A stretch of DNA of 64,000 nt from Candidatus Latescibacterota bacterium (GCA_965217865.1 CBDCJO010000002.1:5504001-5568000), one strand, 5' to 3'; shown: positions 29,043 to 39,097, numbered from the stretch's first letter. Made by a program: numbers and translations. Notes: generated by a model not told the origin, from the letters alone.

Positions 29043-29218
29043 GGCGTGAATTTACTCATTCCGGCTTGGAAAGTCAAGCCCATGAGGTCTAATTGCGTTT
29101 CTTTTTAAGGGGGCTTTTAATCGGTAACCTTTGATGTGTACCGGGTGAAAAAAAACCGGCACTCCCCGATCGGTATCGTGGTGCCTGGTAATCAAATGAT
29201 TTGAAAGTCTCTTCCGAT

Positions 29219-29556
29219 TCAACTCCGGGATTTGCAATTATCCCGGAGTTCCCCGTTCAACCAGTTAAAATACCCCTCGCTTCCCTCAACAACCGGCGTT
29301 GCTAAAATCTCAGGTTCTTCATAGGGATGAGCCCTTCGGATAAACTGCTCAAGTTCCTCATAGAGATCCAGCCTGCTCTTAGTGACACAAACCCATTCAT
29401 CCTCGACCTCCAACTTCCCTTTCACCGGAAAGTGCTCGTGATGGGTTTGTATACCTGGACGCAACCGGCCAGTCTTTCTTCCACGACCGATCTGGCAATT
29501 ATTTGTGCTTCTTCTTTTTTTCCTACCGTGGTCATCACCTGGATAAATTCTCCCAT
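29219..29556 (-). CDS. cutA: Divalent cation tolerance protein CutA (frameshifted)
   Basis: VEERLAGCVQ..PITSTFR[W]KGK..E..HPYEEPEI; single-base loss at the Trp codon. Confidence 0.8.
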
Positions 29557-29586
29557 CCTATCCTCCTGAGGACGTTGAGGTCAATA

Positions 29587-30690
29587 TTATACGTGAAATA
29601 AGATCTGAACGACGTCTCCGTCTTCAATCACGTGTTCTCGACCCTCGGTTCGAACAAGACCCAACTTGTGGAGCTCTGTCATGGACCGGTGTTGAATCAG
29701 TTCCTCACAGGTAACCACTTCCGCCCGAATAAATCCGCGCTCCATATCAGAGTGAATTTTCCCCGCGGCACTTGCTGCGTTTGTCTCCTTGGCGATTTGC
29801 CAAGCCTGTAGCTTCTGATTCGCGATGGTGTAGAAGGTGATCAGGTTTAGGAGTCTAAAACCAACCAAGATTAATCGATTCAGACCTGTCTCCGACAAAC
29901 CCATGTCGCTTAGGAAAACCTTCCGTTCTTCTCGAGGCAGCTGTCCAATCTCCTCCTCAATTTTTGCGCTTATCGGAAGTACGCGATCCGGGCCATATCT
30001 TTCCCAGAGGGCGTTCAACTTAGGGGTTTTCTTCGCGACAACATTTTCTTCATTGACGTTTGCCACCCAGAATATCGGCTTGGCCGTCAAGAGATGATTA
30101 TCGCGCACGGACTCCCTCTCCTCCGGAGTCAACTCCACCCCTCGAACCGGACTGCCGGCCTCCAGCGTGTGCTTGATTTTCTGGAGCGTATCGTGTTCGA
30201 GCACCACCTCACGGGCGACCCCCTTAGCATTGGATCTGATGAGATGATTCAACCGGTGGAGACCGCGTTCGCAGGTATCCAGGTCCGAAAGCATCAACTC
30301 TGTTTCAACAACCTCTGCGTCCCGAATAGGATCCAAGCTCCCATCCATGTGTGCCACCGCATCATCGTCAAAGCAGCGAAGGACGTGCACCAAGGCATCG
30401 ACCTCGTGGATGTGGGAAAGAAAACGATTCCCCAGTCCGTCGCCTTTGCTAGCTCCCCGGACCAGCCCTGCGATGTCGGTAAATTGAATGGTGGCGCGTG
30501 TACAAGAATCCGGTTTGAGGATTTTGTAGATCCGGTCCAGCCTGCTGTCGGGTACCCCGACCACACCAAGGTTCCGGTCCACCGTACAGAAAGGGTACGG
30601 CGAAGCCTCTGCCTCGCCCTGCGTGAGGGCGTTAAACAGGGTCGACTTCCCCACGTTGGGCATTCCGATGATACCGATGCTGAGTGACAA
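29587..30690 (-). CDS. ychF: Ribosome-binding ATPase YchF
   Basis: GMPNVGKSTLFN, YPFCT, DIAGLV, AAGKIHSD..GFIRAEV. Confidence 0.95.
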   Translation of the reverse strand: MSLSIGIIGMPNVGKSTLFNALTQGEAEASPYPFCTVDRNLGVVGVPDSRLDRIYKILKPDSCTRATIQFTDIAGLVRGASKGDGLGNRFLSHIHEVDALVHVLRCFDDDAVAHMDGSLDPIRDAEVVETELMLSDLDTCERGLHRLNHLIRSNAKGVAREVVLEHDTLQKIKHTLEAGSPVRGVELTPEERESVRDNHLLTAKPIFWVANVNEENVVAKKTPKLNALWERYGPDRVLPISAKIEEEIGQLPREERKVFLSDMGLSETGLNRLILVGFRLLNLITFYTIANQKLQAWQIAKETNAASAAGKIHSDMERGFIRAEVVTCEELIQHRSMTELHKLGLVRTEGREHVIEDGDVVQILFHV

Positions 30691-30778
30691 GATTTTCCCC
30701 CAAAAAAAGGATGGGAATATGGAGGTGTGGGAGAAGTCCCTCGATTCACCTCCGCACTTCCACGCTGCTATCGGTTTC

Positions 30779-32224
30779 CTATCCCTTGATCACTCCGACG
30801 GGCTTCAACCTTGCGACTTTGAGGGTGATGCCGGCACGATGCATCACATCGGCTACCATCTCCACATCCTTATACGCCTCAGGCATCTCCTCCGCCAGCG
30901 TCTGCCGCCCCCTTGACTGCACAAATATCCCTTGATCCTCCAATTCCCGGTTGATGGAACGGCCTTTCGCTTGTTTTTTTGCGGCCGAACGGCTCAACAC
31001 GCGTCCGGCCCCGTGGGCCGAACTTCCGAAAGTCTCCTCCATCGCCCGCTGGGTGCCACAGCAGACGAACGAAGCCCTTCCCATGTCTCCGGGTATCATG
31101 ACCGGCTGACCGACTTCTTTGTATGCCTGTGGGGTTTGCGGATGATGGGGAGGAAAAGCCCTTGTGGCTCCCTTCCGGTGGACACATACACGTCGAACCC
31201 TCCCGTCGATGACGTGTTCCTCGAATTTCGCGATATTGTGCGCAACATCGTAGACCAGGCGAAACCCGAGATCCCGCTCGGATATCCCCAATGTATCGAT
31301 GAAAACACTCCTGGCAAGCTGCATCATGGTCTGGCGGTTAGCCCAGGCATAATTTGCCGCACAATTCATGGCTGCCAGATATGCCCGACCTTCCTTTGAG
31401 TCGATAGGAGCACACGCAAGCTGACGATCCGGAAGCTGAAATCCATATCTTTTGACAGCCTCCTGCATCGTCCTCAGGTAATCGTCACAGGTCTGGTATC
31501 CAAACCCCCTCGAACCCGAATGGATGAAAACCGTGACTTGCCCCTTCCTGAGCCCCAGCGTCTCGGCGATCTTTGGATCGAAGATCCGGTCTACGACGTC
31601 GACCTCAAGGAAATGATTACCGGAACCGAGTGTACCCAACTGCCTCGTTCCCCTCTCGACGGCTCGGTCCGATACGCGATCCGGATCTGCCCCCTCCACA
31701 CAGCCGTTTGCCTCTACATTTACCAGGTCGGCATCCGACCCGAAGCCCATCTCGACGGGCCACTCAGCACCCTTCACGGCCACCCGGGCCATGTCGTTCC
31801 TCGAGAGTTTTCGGATTGCGCCTTGAGAACCGACCCCGCATGGGATCCGCTCGAACAGGGCGGCGACGAGTTCTTTCATCCTGGGCTGGATATCTTGGAG
31901 TTCCAGGTGTGTGGCCGCCAACCTGACACCGCAATTGATGTCGAACCCGATCCCTCCCGGTGAAATCACACCCCCTTTCTCCGGATCCGTCGCGGCCACT
32001 CCCCCGATGGGAAATCCGTAGCCCCAGTGGATATCCGGCATTGCGATCGAATATTTTACGATACCTGGCAGATGAGCCACATTCGCGACTTGTTCCAAAC
32101 ACTTGTCTCCCCGGATGCCCTTCATCAATCCATCGTCCGCATACACGATGCCCGGAACCCGCATTTGGCCGGACTTGGGAATTTCCCATCTGTTCTCGTC
32201 TATTTTTCGGATTTCGACATCCAC
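30779..32224 (-). CDS. rtcB: RNA-splicing ligase RtcB
   Basis: MPDIHWGYGFPIG, DINCG, GSGNHFLE, HSGSRG, HRKGAT, HGAGR, EEMPEAYKD; start uncertain (32224-32317). Confidence 0.95.
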   Translation of the reverse strand: MDVEIRKIDENRWEIPKSGQMRVPGIVYADDGLMKGIRGDKCLEQVANVAHLPGIVKYSIAMPDIHWGYGFPIGGVAATDPEKGGVISPGGIGFDINCGVRLAATHLELQDIQPRMKELVAALFERIPCGVGSQGAIRKLSRNDMARVAVKGAEWPVEMGFGSDADLVNVEANGCVEGADPDRVSDRAVERGTRQLGTLGSGNHFLEVDVVDRIFDPKIAETLGLRKGQVTVFIHSGSRGFGYQTCDDYLRTMQEAVKRYGFQLPDRQLACAPIDSKEGRAYLAAMNCAANYAWANRQTMMQLARSVFIDTLGISERDLGFRLVYDVAHNIAKFEEHVIDGRVRRVCVHRKGATRAFPPHHPQTPQAYKEVGQPVMIPGDMGRASFVCCGTQRAMEETFGSSAHGAGRVLSRSAAKKQAKGRSINRELEDQGIFVQSRGRQTLAEEMPEAYKDVEMVADVMHRAGITLKVARLKPVGVIKG

Positions 32225-32320
32225 GGTCTCGGTTCCGACACGCCGTCCCATTGTGTTTCTTCCTTTTCGTGACAGAGGCTCGAATTTAGGGGGTGTGGCC
32301 TCTTGTGAACGATCCATATA

Positions 32321-32353
32321 AAAAACAGGACAGGCGATTATCCGCCTGCCCTG
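32321..32353 (-). terminator. Intrinsic terminator after prpC
   Basis: CAGGGCAGGCG..CGCCTGTCCTG followed by a T-run. Confidence 0.65.
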
Positions 32354-32393
32354 ACAATATAACCCTCCCTCAGAACCGAAGCAAACCCAAACG

Positions 32394-33527
32394 CTAAACC
32401 CGATCTTCCAGCGGAACGAATTGGTTTTCCTCCGGTCCTTTATAGATGCTCGTCGGTCTCATGATCCTGTTATCCTCAAGCTGCTCGATCAGGTGGGCTG
32501 ACCATCCGGCCACCCGGCTTGCCGCGAAGATAGGCGTGTACAAGGGAATCGGAAGGTCGAGCATGTAGTAAACATAGCCGCACGGAAAATCCACGTTTGG
32601 AGGCAATTTCTTCTCACGACACATGACTTCCTCAACGACATGGGCCATACGGGGCCATTTCTGTTGGCCAAGTTTTTCACCCAATTCTTCGCCCAGTTTC
32701 CGCATAATGGGTACCCTTGAATCCCCCTTTTTGTAAACCCTGTGGCCAAACCCCATGATCAGCTTCTTTTTCTCGAGGGCGTCCATCACCCACGACTCGG
32801 CCTTCTCAATTTCACCGATCTCCAACAACATCTTGATGGCTTCCTCGTTTGCCCCACCGTGCAGGGGGCCCTTCAATGTCCCGATAGCCGAAACGATTGC
32901 CGAATAGAAATCCGAAAGTGTGGAGGCAGTGACACGGGCCGCGAAAGTGGACGCATTGAAACTGTGCTCGGCGTAAAGGACCAACGAGACATCAAGTGCA
33001 CGCACCGCAAGGGGGGCCGGTTTAACTCCTTTAAGGAGGTAAAGGAAACTCTCCGCACACGACAGTTTCGAGTCCGGTTCAACGATGTCGAGATCCTCCC
33101 GGACCCTCTGGGTGGCCGCGATGATAGTCGGAATCTTCGCGATCAGTCTCAACCCCTTTCCGACATTTGCCTTGTGGGACATATCGTTTAAGGTTGTATC
33201 CTTAAGACCCAATGTTGAGACAGCGCTCCTAAGCAGATCCATCGGGTTTGCCGTTTTCGCGTAGTTTCGAATCAAATCCACGAGATCGTCCGGAATCGAG
33301 CGTTCGTTACCGATATACTCGGAGAACTCTGAGAGCTCCTTACGATTCGGGAGTTTCCCGATCAACAAAAGATGGGCGACCTCCTCGTACGTGGCCTTCT
33401 CTGCGAGCTCGTGGACGTCATAACCCCGGTAGATCAGACGGCTTCGATCCGGATCAACTTGAGAAATCGAGGAGATGCCCGCCACGACACCCGCCAAACC
33501 CGGGCTGTAGGCCTTTTCAACCGACAT
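32394..33527 (-). CDS. prpC: 2-methylcitrate synthase / citrate synthase
   Basis: EHSFNASTF, GPLHGGANE, MGFGHRVY, PNVDF; adjacent to prpB. Confidence 0.85.
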   Translation of the reverse strand: MSVEKAYSPGLAGVVAGISSISQVDPDRSRLIYRGYDVHELAEKATYEEVAHLLLIGKLPNRKELSEFSEYIGNERSIPDDLVDLIRNYAKTANPMDLLRSAVSTLGLKDTTLNDMSHKANVGKGLRLIAKIPTIIAATQRVREDLDIVEPDSKLSCAESFLYLLKGVKPAPLAVRALDVSLVLYAEHSFNASTFAARVTASTLSDFYSAIVSAIGTLKGPLHGGANEEAIKMLLEIGEIEKAESWVMDALEKKKLIMGFGHRVYKKGDSRVPIMRKLGEELGEKLGQQKWPRMAHVVEEVMCREKKLPPNVDFPCGYVYYMLDLPIPLYTPIFAASRVAGWSAHLIEQLEDNRIMRPTSIYKGPEENQFVPLEDRV

Positions 33528-33622
33528 GGTGATTCCTTTATATGATCTGTGAAAGGTGGGATTTACTCAACCTGTGATCCAATTCAATTAATAGGATATC
33601 CTAGAAAAGACAAACGATATTG

Positions 33623-34540
33623 TCACGAATTGTCCCCAAGCCGTCGGTCGATCGCTTCGTGATCGGAATAACGGATAAGGTCGTAGAGCTCCTGCCGGGT
33701 CTGCATCCGGTCCACCAGACCCAACTGTGTGCCTTTGGCCCTCAACTCGGCGTAGGTGGCTTCCGCAGCCTTCATCGCGACACGAAAGGCTGTCATCGGA
33801 AAGATAACCATCCTATAGCCGATTTCAGAAAATTCGGCCACCGAGAGGAAGGGAGATTTTCCGAATTCTGTCATATTGGCCAGGAGCGGGGCCTTTACCT
33901 CTTTTGCGAATTCCGCGAACTCCTCCCGAGATGCGAGCGCCTCCGGAAATATGACGTCCGCCCCCGCCTTTAAATACGCGTGTGCCCTGGCGACCGCATC
34001 ATCGAAACCCGTCACGCCTCGTGCGTCCGTCCTCGCGACGATCAGAAAATCTGGATCCCCCCTCGCCTCAGTCGCAGCCGCCAGTTTTTGGACCATGTGA
34101 TCGGGAGAGATCAACGTCTTTCCCGAAAGATGTCCGCACCGTTTGGGGAATTCCTGATCCTCGAGATGGATTCCGCTCATACCCGCCCGTTCGAAGGCTC
34201 TTACCGTTCGATACACGTTGAGGGGCTCTCCAAACCCGGTATCCGCATCGCAGAGACACGGGATTCGCACTGCATCTGCGATGTACCCGGCCTGCCGCAC
34301 CACCTCGTCCATGGTTAAAAGGCCGATATCCGGGAAGCCCGCGACGCCGTTCGCGATTCCCGCCCCCGAGATGTAGAGGGCTTCAAATCCCGTTCGCTCG
34401 ACAAGAAGGGCGGACGCCGCATTGTAGGCTCCCGGCAGGACAACCGTTCCGCCGGCCATCAGCTTCCTCAGGCGTTTGGGCCTGGAGGTGCTTTTTTTTT
34501 CCTCGGTCTCGATATGGATCCTCGAACTTTTTTTAAACAA
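33623..34540 (-). CDS. prpB: Methylisocitrate lyase
   Basis: DADTGFG, EDQ..PKRCGHL, ARTDA, LANMTEFGKSP. Confidence 0.93.
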   Translation of the reverse strand: MFKKSSRIHIETEEKKSTSRPKRLRKLMAGGTVVLPGAYNAASALLVERTGFEALYISGAGIANGVAGFPDIGLLTMDEVVRQAGYIADAVRIPCLCDADTGFGEPLNVYRTVRAFERAGMSGIHLEDQEFPKRCGHLSGKTLISPDHMVQKLAAATEARGDPDFLIVARTDARGVTGFDDAVARAHAYLKAGADVIFPEALASREEFAEFAKEVKAPLLANMTEFGKSPFLSVAEFSEIGYRMVIFPMTAFRVAMKAAEATYAELRAKGTQLGLVDRMQTRQELYDLIRYSDHEAIDRRLGDNS

Positions 34541-34628
34541 TCGCTATTGAAGATAATGCAAAATCCACCGAAGCCGTTCCCTTTCCAACCCAGGATAGAT
34601 GCTCCGATCTCAACATCCTTTCCCGGAA

Positions 34629-34955
34629 TCAATAAGGCGTCTGGTTTGTTGTAATAGGACACCATCTTGAGGTGAAAAGATCATTGATCAAAGCCTCCCG
34701 GGCTTCGGTTGTCCCCAAGCGGCTCAAAGCGAGTGAAGCGTAAAACCGATTATACCGGTTCTCGTCGGCCAGGACCTGGATCAAATTCGGTATCGCATCG
34801 TTGTTGGGCCGGCTGGATTTGGCGAGCGAAAGGGTGGCGTTTCCGCGGACACGCCAGTCCTGTCCGGCGCTCCCGGGTTTATTCAAATGAGGATGTCGGT
34901 GCGGGTTCATGATATAATCGGGTCCGAGGATGCTGGTCAGGGTACCCCACACCAT
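34629..34955 (-). pseudogene. C-terminal HEAT-repeat fragment
   Basis: VRGNATLSLAK..L.DENRY.R..A..AL.R and tail SRWCPITT..TPY; no credible start. Confidence 0.5.
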
Positions 34956-35858
34956 TTATTCGAGCCACAGGGCTCTTATCCTATCGATTTCCGAACGGGT
35001 TTTTTCCGACAACTCACTCCCGCTTGAGGCTTTGACGTTCTCATCAAGCTGTTCAGTGGTTCTCGATCCCGGGATGATCGTCGAAATGGCCTGGGGGTTC
35101 AGGCAGAAATGGAGCGCCAAGCGGGTCATCCCCCCGTTGTAGCGTGATCCGAGCGGCCGAAGGTCCTCAGCCATGTCGATTTGTTCATTCATGCGGTGAT
35201 AAGCTCGATGAGCTCGGTGGTCTTCGGGAACCTCCTGTCCGGGGCGGAATTTTCCCGTCAGGATGCCTTGTGCCAACGGCATCCGGCAGACAATGCCCAC
35301 CTTATATTTGCTGGCAACGGAAAACAACCTTTCTTCTGCTTCGATGTTAAAAATGTTATAGGTGATCTGCAAAACCTCCACCCGTCCAAGCTTTATCAGC
35401 CAGATGGCATCTTCCGGGTTGTTCGCGGATACCGCCCGAAATTTTATCTTGCCCTCCTCCTTGAGTTTCATCATCCCGTCGGTCCAATCGTATCGCTTCA
35501 TCTCCTGACGATTCGGGCTGTGAAGGTGAAAAATATCGATGCGATCCCGACGCAAGCGCTTGAGGGAGGCCTCGGCACACGCGATCACCTGATTTGCGGA
35601 AAAATCCCTGCCCGGACCACCCATTTTGGTGGCGACGAGAAGATCTTCCCGATTGCCCACGACCTTCCCAAGAATCTCCTCGCTTCCCCCACCTTTGTAG
35701 GACTCCGCAGTATCGAAGATATTGATCCCCCGGTCAACCGCATTCTCCACAAGACGAATCCAGTGCGCATCCGGCCAATAAGGTTCCCGAAGGCGGTTGC
35801 AACCCATCCCCACTTCTGATACTTTGATCCCGGTGTTCCCTAGCTGTCGATAGATCAT
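34956..35858 (-). CDS. Aldo/keto reductase
   Basis: LGNTGIKVSEVGMG, FDTAESY, SLKRL..DRID..HLH, PLAQGILTGK. Confidence 0.9.
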   Translation of the reverse strand: MIYRQLGNTGIKVSEVGMGCNRLREPYWPDAHWIRLVENAVDRGINIFDTAESYKGGGSEEILGKVVGNREDLLVATKMGGPGRDFSANQVIACAEASLKRLRRDRIDIFHLHSPNRQEMKRYDWTDGMMKLKEEGKIKFRAVSANNPEDAIWLIKLGRVEVLQITYNIFNIEAEERLFSVASKYKVGIVCRMPLAQGILTGKFRPGQEVPEDHRAHRAYHRMNEQIDMAEDLRPLGSRYNGGMTRLALHFCLNPQAISTIIPGSRTTEQLDENVKASSGSELSEKTRSEIDRIRALWLE

Positions 35859-36256
35859 CAGGGGATCGATCCACGACAGAGATTGAATGCTTTTCGCACA
35901 TTGATTGACAAACCGCAGAGCCAGCAGAGGTGAATCGGACCGCGTATCATTCCTTTAGACGATATCAAAACAGCCGTAAACTGTGTCCCATTAAGCAAAT
36001 ATCTGATCCGATGGGAGACTTGACCGTCTTGGATTCGTTTTAGCCACGTCTCTATGGCATCATAGATTTCGGTCCAACCCAACGAATGGACAGATGACCA
36101 CCTTGGGTTTAGTAACATTATGTGCCCGAAGATGTATATTTCCTCGACAAGACCTTTAGTTTTTATTACCTTCTTTCCCGCCTCCAGCATATCGGATTGC
36201 ACGCCCAATTCGAATGTTCTAGACAAACCCCAAATTATGAAAGGCGTTGCGACGTG

Positions 36257-36808
36257 TTTGAAGCTATCTTTTATTTCCTCCTTCTCGGCCTCGTCGTTTT
36301 CACAGGATATTCCATCGTGATCTATACCGTCTATAATAGAATGTCCCCTCTGCCCACTTCACGAAGAGTAAAAAAAGGAATTGTTGACCTGATCCGTCAC
36401 AGAGGAATCTCCGGGAAGGTGCTCGAGTTGGGATCGGGATGGGGAACACTGACGATTCCCCTTGCCAAAATTCTGCCTAATTGCGAGGTCTTTTCATACG
36501 AAAATTCACAAATCCCGTATGTTTTCACCAAATGCCGCCACCTGTTGTTTAAGTTAAATAACTTGAAAATCGTTCGGAAAAACTTTTTCCAAGCCTCTTT
36601 TGCCGGGGCGAATATGGTGATATGCTATCTTAATCCAAGGACTATGGAAAGGTTAAAAACCAAATTTGAATCTGAGTTGAATCCAGGAACTCTGGTCATC
36701 AGCAACACATTTGCCGTCCCCGGATGGCAACCGCTTAACGTGGTCGATTTTAATGACCTGCGTCGTAGCCGAATTTATGTGTATGTATGGAACGGCGGAT
36801 CGATGTGA
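36257..36808 (+). CDS. Membrane-anchored class I SAM methyltransferase
   Basis: N-terminal TM, SPLPTS, ELGSGWG, KFESEL.PG..VISNTF; start approximate. Confidence 0.75.
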   Translation, partial: FEAIFYFLLLGLVVFTGYSIVIYTVYNRMSPLPTSRRVKKGIVDLIRHRGISGKVLELGSGWGTLTIPLAKILPNCEVFSYENSQIPYVFTKCRHLLFKLNNLKIVRKNFFQASFAGANMVICYLNPRTMERLKTKFESELNPGTLVISNTFAVPGWQPLNVVDFNDLRRSRIYVYVWNGGSM

Positions 36809-36836
36809 TGGAATCTGAGATCTCCTAGGAACAACC

Positions 36837-37712
36837 TCAATTGCTTAACCTCTGAATTATCGGCAGCCACTCCTCAAATGTCGTTTCCTCCTGTACCCGG
36901 CCCCGGATCACCCATTTAAATCCCTCAACGGGCCATCCCCAGAACGCTTTTCCAAGACAGTCCCCCTCCCTTGTGTACCGGATATCCAGAGACCATCGGA
37001 CCCCGTCGCTATGATTTGGCTGTCCCCGATGGAGCGTATATGAACTGAACATAACGACATCCCCCGGGGACATCTCACAATCCACCGCACGCGACTCGTT
37101 CAACTTTTTTCGGTCCACTTCCCGGAACTTTCCTTCTCCTTCTTCATAGGTATGTTCCAACAGCCCACGTTTGTGCGAACCCGGTAGGATCTGAAGACAA
37201 CCGTTATTCCGGTCCACCCGAACAATAGGCACCCAGCAGCCAATGATACTGGCGTTCAGCCCATCCCCTGTTTCATGGTCGGCGAAATAGAACACATCCT
37301 GATGCCATGGCACAAGCGTAAACGCTTGTCCGGGTAGTCGCGGACGGACCTGGAAGCTTGGATGGCCCATCACATCCGTGCCGAGCAGTTGTTCGGCGAC
37401 GTCCACCATGCCCGGCGTCCGGAAGAGCTCGAACAGTTCCCTGGAGGCCATCGTCGGTCTCCAGGAACGACCGTACCTTTTCAACAGGTGTTGCGGTACC
37501 TTTGCGAGTCGTGTCTCGAAGGGTTCCTTCGAAAAGTTCTCCTCCAACTCCTCTTCCCGAACCAGGTCATCGATGATCCCGTCACAGAGCCGGGAAAGCC
37601 GGTTGCGAATCCCTTCGATGATGTGCTCGGGTATTAGGTCCTGAAAAATGAGAAACCCATCCTCATCCCATCGGCGCCGCTGTTCTTCGGAGAGCTCCGG
37701 ATTGAATTTCAA
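36837..37712 (-). CDS. Phytanoyl-CoA dioxygenase family (Fe/2OG) protein
   Basis: WHQD, NGCLQILPGSH, PGDVVMF..LHRG..N.S..RWSLDIR. Confidence 0.9.
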   Translation of the reverse strand: MKFNPELSEEQRRRWDEDGFLIFQDLIPEHIIEGIRNRLSRLCDGIIDDLVREEELEENFSKEPFETRLAKVPQHLLKRYGRSWRPTMASRELFELFRTPGMVDVAEQLLGTDVMGHPSFQVRPRLPGQAFTLVPWHQDVFYFADHETGDGLNASIIGCWVPIVRVDRNNGCLQILPGSHKRGLLEHTYEEGEGKFREVDRKKLNESRAVDCEMSPGDVVMFSSYTLHRGQPNHSDGVRWSLDIRYTREGDCLGKAFWGWPVEGFKWVIRGRVQEETTFEEWLPIIQRLSN

Positions 37713-37738
37713 GGTACCGTTCCAGGTTCAGGGTTTTG

Positions 37739-39097
37739 TTAAATTACGATCATCGGAAGGATCGTGCCCACGTCTTCCACTTCATCCAACCTCCAGATGA
37801 GATCCAGGATCTCACGCTGCTTTTTCTCAGAAAAAAACGGTCCCGCGAGCGATTCGAATTTCGCTTCCACCTCCCGATCCGTCATCGGGTTCTGATCATG
37901 CCCACGCGGAAAATCCACCCGCTTGGAGACCTTTTCTCCTGATTTCAGGGTGATATCGACGCGGTTAGGTATCCCCTCCGGATAGCCCCGATTCATCTCC
38001 TCACTCCGGTGAACCACCACCTTTTGTACAAGGTCCATCAATGCTTCATCCCTTATTCGATCTTCCGAAAACTGATCCATCCCGACGATCCCGTCAGCCA
38101 GCGCGACAGCCGTGCAGTATGGGAGACTGTGGTCCGCAGTCTCCCGGCTCTTCGGTCGCCACTTTTCCGGTTCCCCTCCGATGATATCCGCAGCTGCGTC
38201 GAAGGTAAAGATATCTACGGCATCGATATTCGCTATTCCTCCGACCTCCATCCGAATCTCCAGGGCGGCTTCAATCGCGCTCTGCGAATGATATTCCGCG
38301 GGGAAAAACTTGATGCTGGTCCGGTTGATCATATACGGACGGCCGTCCTCCCCCCCAAGCCCCCCGAGTTCGAAGGGGCCGGACACAAGCTTGTAAAACC
38401 CGAAGACCCCCTCGAACACTGACGTTGGACCGGTCAATCCGGCTTCGGCAAGAAGGGCTGCGAAGACCCCATTGCGCGATGCATTCGCGAATGCGCACCC
38501 CTTCCAGTGGGAAAGCTCTCCTGCCCGCGTCTGCCGGAGGGCGTTGTTCGGTACGCCGGCAAGGGCAAGCGAGTTTTCCGTTGCGTCTTCGTCCAGCCCC
38601 ATCAGGTATGAAGATAGAAGGGATGTCGAAAATGGACCGTACGTGACGTGATCCCAACCTCGGCTCCGGAGGCTCGCAGCATCGCAGAGCCTGCATTGGA
38701 TTTCATATCCGAGGACGATCGAAGTGATGAGCCTCTTTCCGTCCGATCCGCTTGCCTCGCCGACGGAAAGGGCGGGCGCGATATTGTCGCTGGGATGCGC
38801 CGGCTCCAAGGACAGATAGGTATCGTTGAAGTCCAGATAGCGGATCAGGGTTCCGTTGGCAAAGGCCGCCCAATCCGGCGACGTCCTGTGTGAAGTTCCG
38901 AGGACCGTAGCCCCGGGATCGGACCCCACCCGGCAGGCCAGCGTCCTGGCGATCCGGCCGGGTTCGCTGTGAAAGGCCCCAATCGCACAACCCAGTGAAT
39001 CGATTGTGCGACGCTTAACCTCGTGGACAGCCTCTTCGGGGATGCCTTCATAGGTTAGGGAACAAGCGTAGCGAGACAGGCGTTCGGAGAGAGTCAT
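37739..39097 (-). CDS. prpD: 2-methylcitrate dehydratase (MmgE/PrpD)
   Basis: RYLDFNDTY..HPSDN, GWDH, SHWKG, ETADHSLPY. Confidence 0.92.
   Translation of the reverse strand: MTLSERLSRYACSLTYEGIPEEAVHEVKRRTIDSLGCAIGAFHSEPGRIARTLACRVGSDPGATVLGTSHRTSPDWAAFANGTLIRYLDFNDTYLSLEPAHPSDNIAPALSVGEASGSDGKRLITSIVLGYEIQCRLCDAASLRSRGWDHVTYGPFSTSLLSSYLMGLDEDATENSLALAGVPNNALRQTRAGELSHWKGCAFANASRNGVFAALLAEAGLTGPTSVFEGVFGFYKLVSGPFELGGLGGEDGRPYMINRTSIKFFPAEYHSQSAIEAALEIRMEVGGIANIDAVDIFTFDAAADIIGGEPEKWRPKSRETADHSLPYCTAVALADGIVGMDQFSEDRIRDEALMDLVQKVVVHRSEEMNRGYPEGIPNRVDITLKSGEKVSKRVDFPRGHDQNPMTDREVEAKFESLAGPFFSEKKQREILDLIWRLDEVEDVGTILPMIVI

Larger units (their letters stand above)
26183..29097 (+). mobile_element. 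IS1595-family transposon with passenger genes
   Basis: IRs CGCAATTAGAATCTAAGGGCTTGACTTT / revcomp CGCAATTAGACCTCATGGGCTTGACTTT; 8-bp duplication TTTCTTTT at 26175-26182 and 29098-29105. Confidence 0.92.

Noticed and set aside
35858-36226. 122-aa ORF as a confident gene
   Set aside because: No recognisable motif; possibly a degraded fragment
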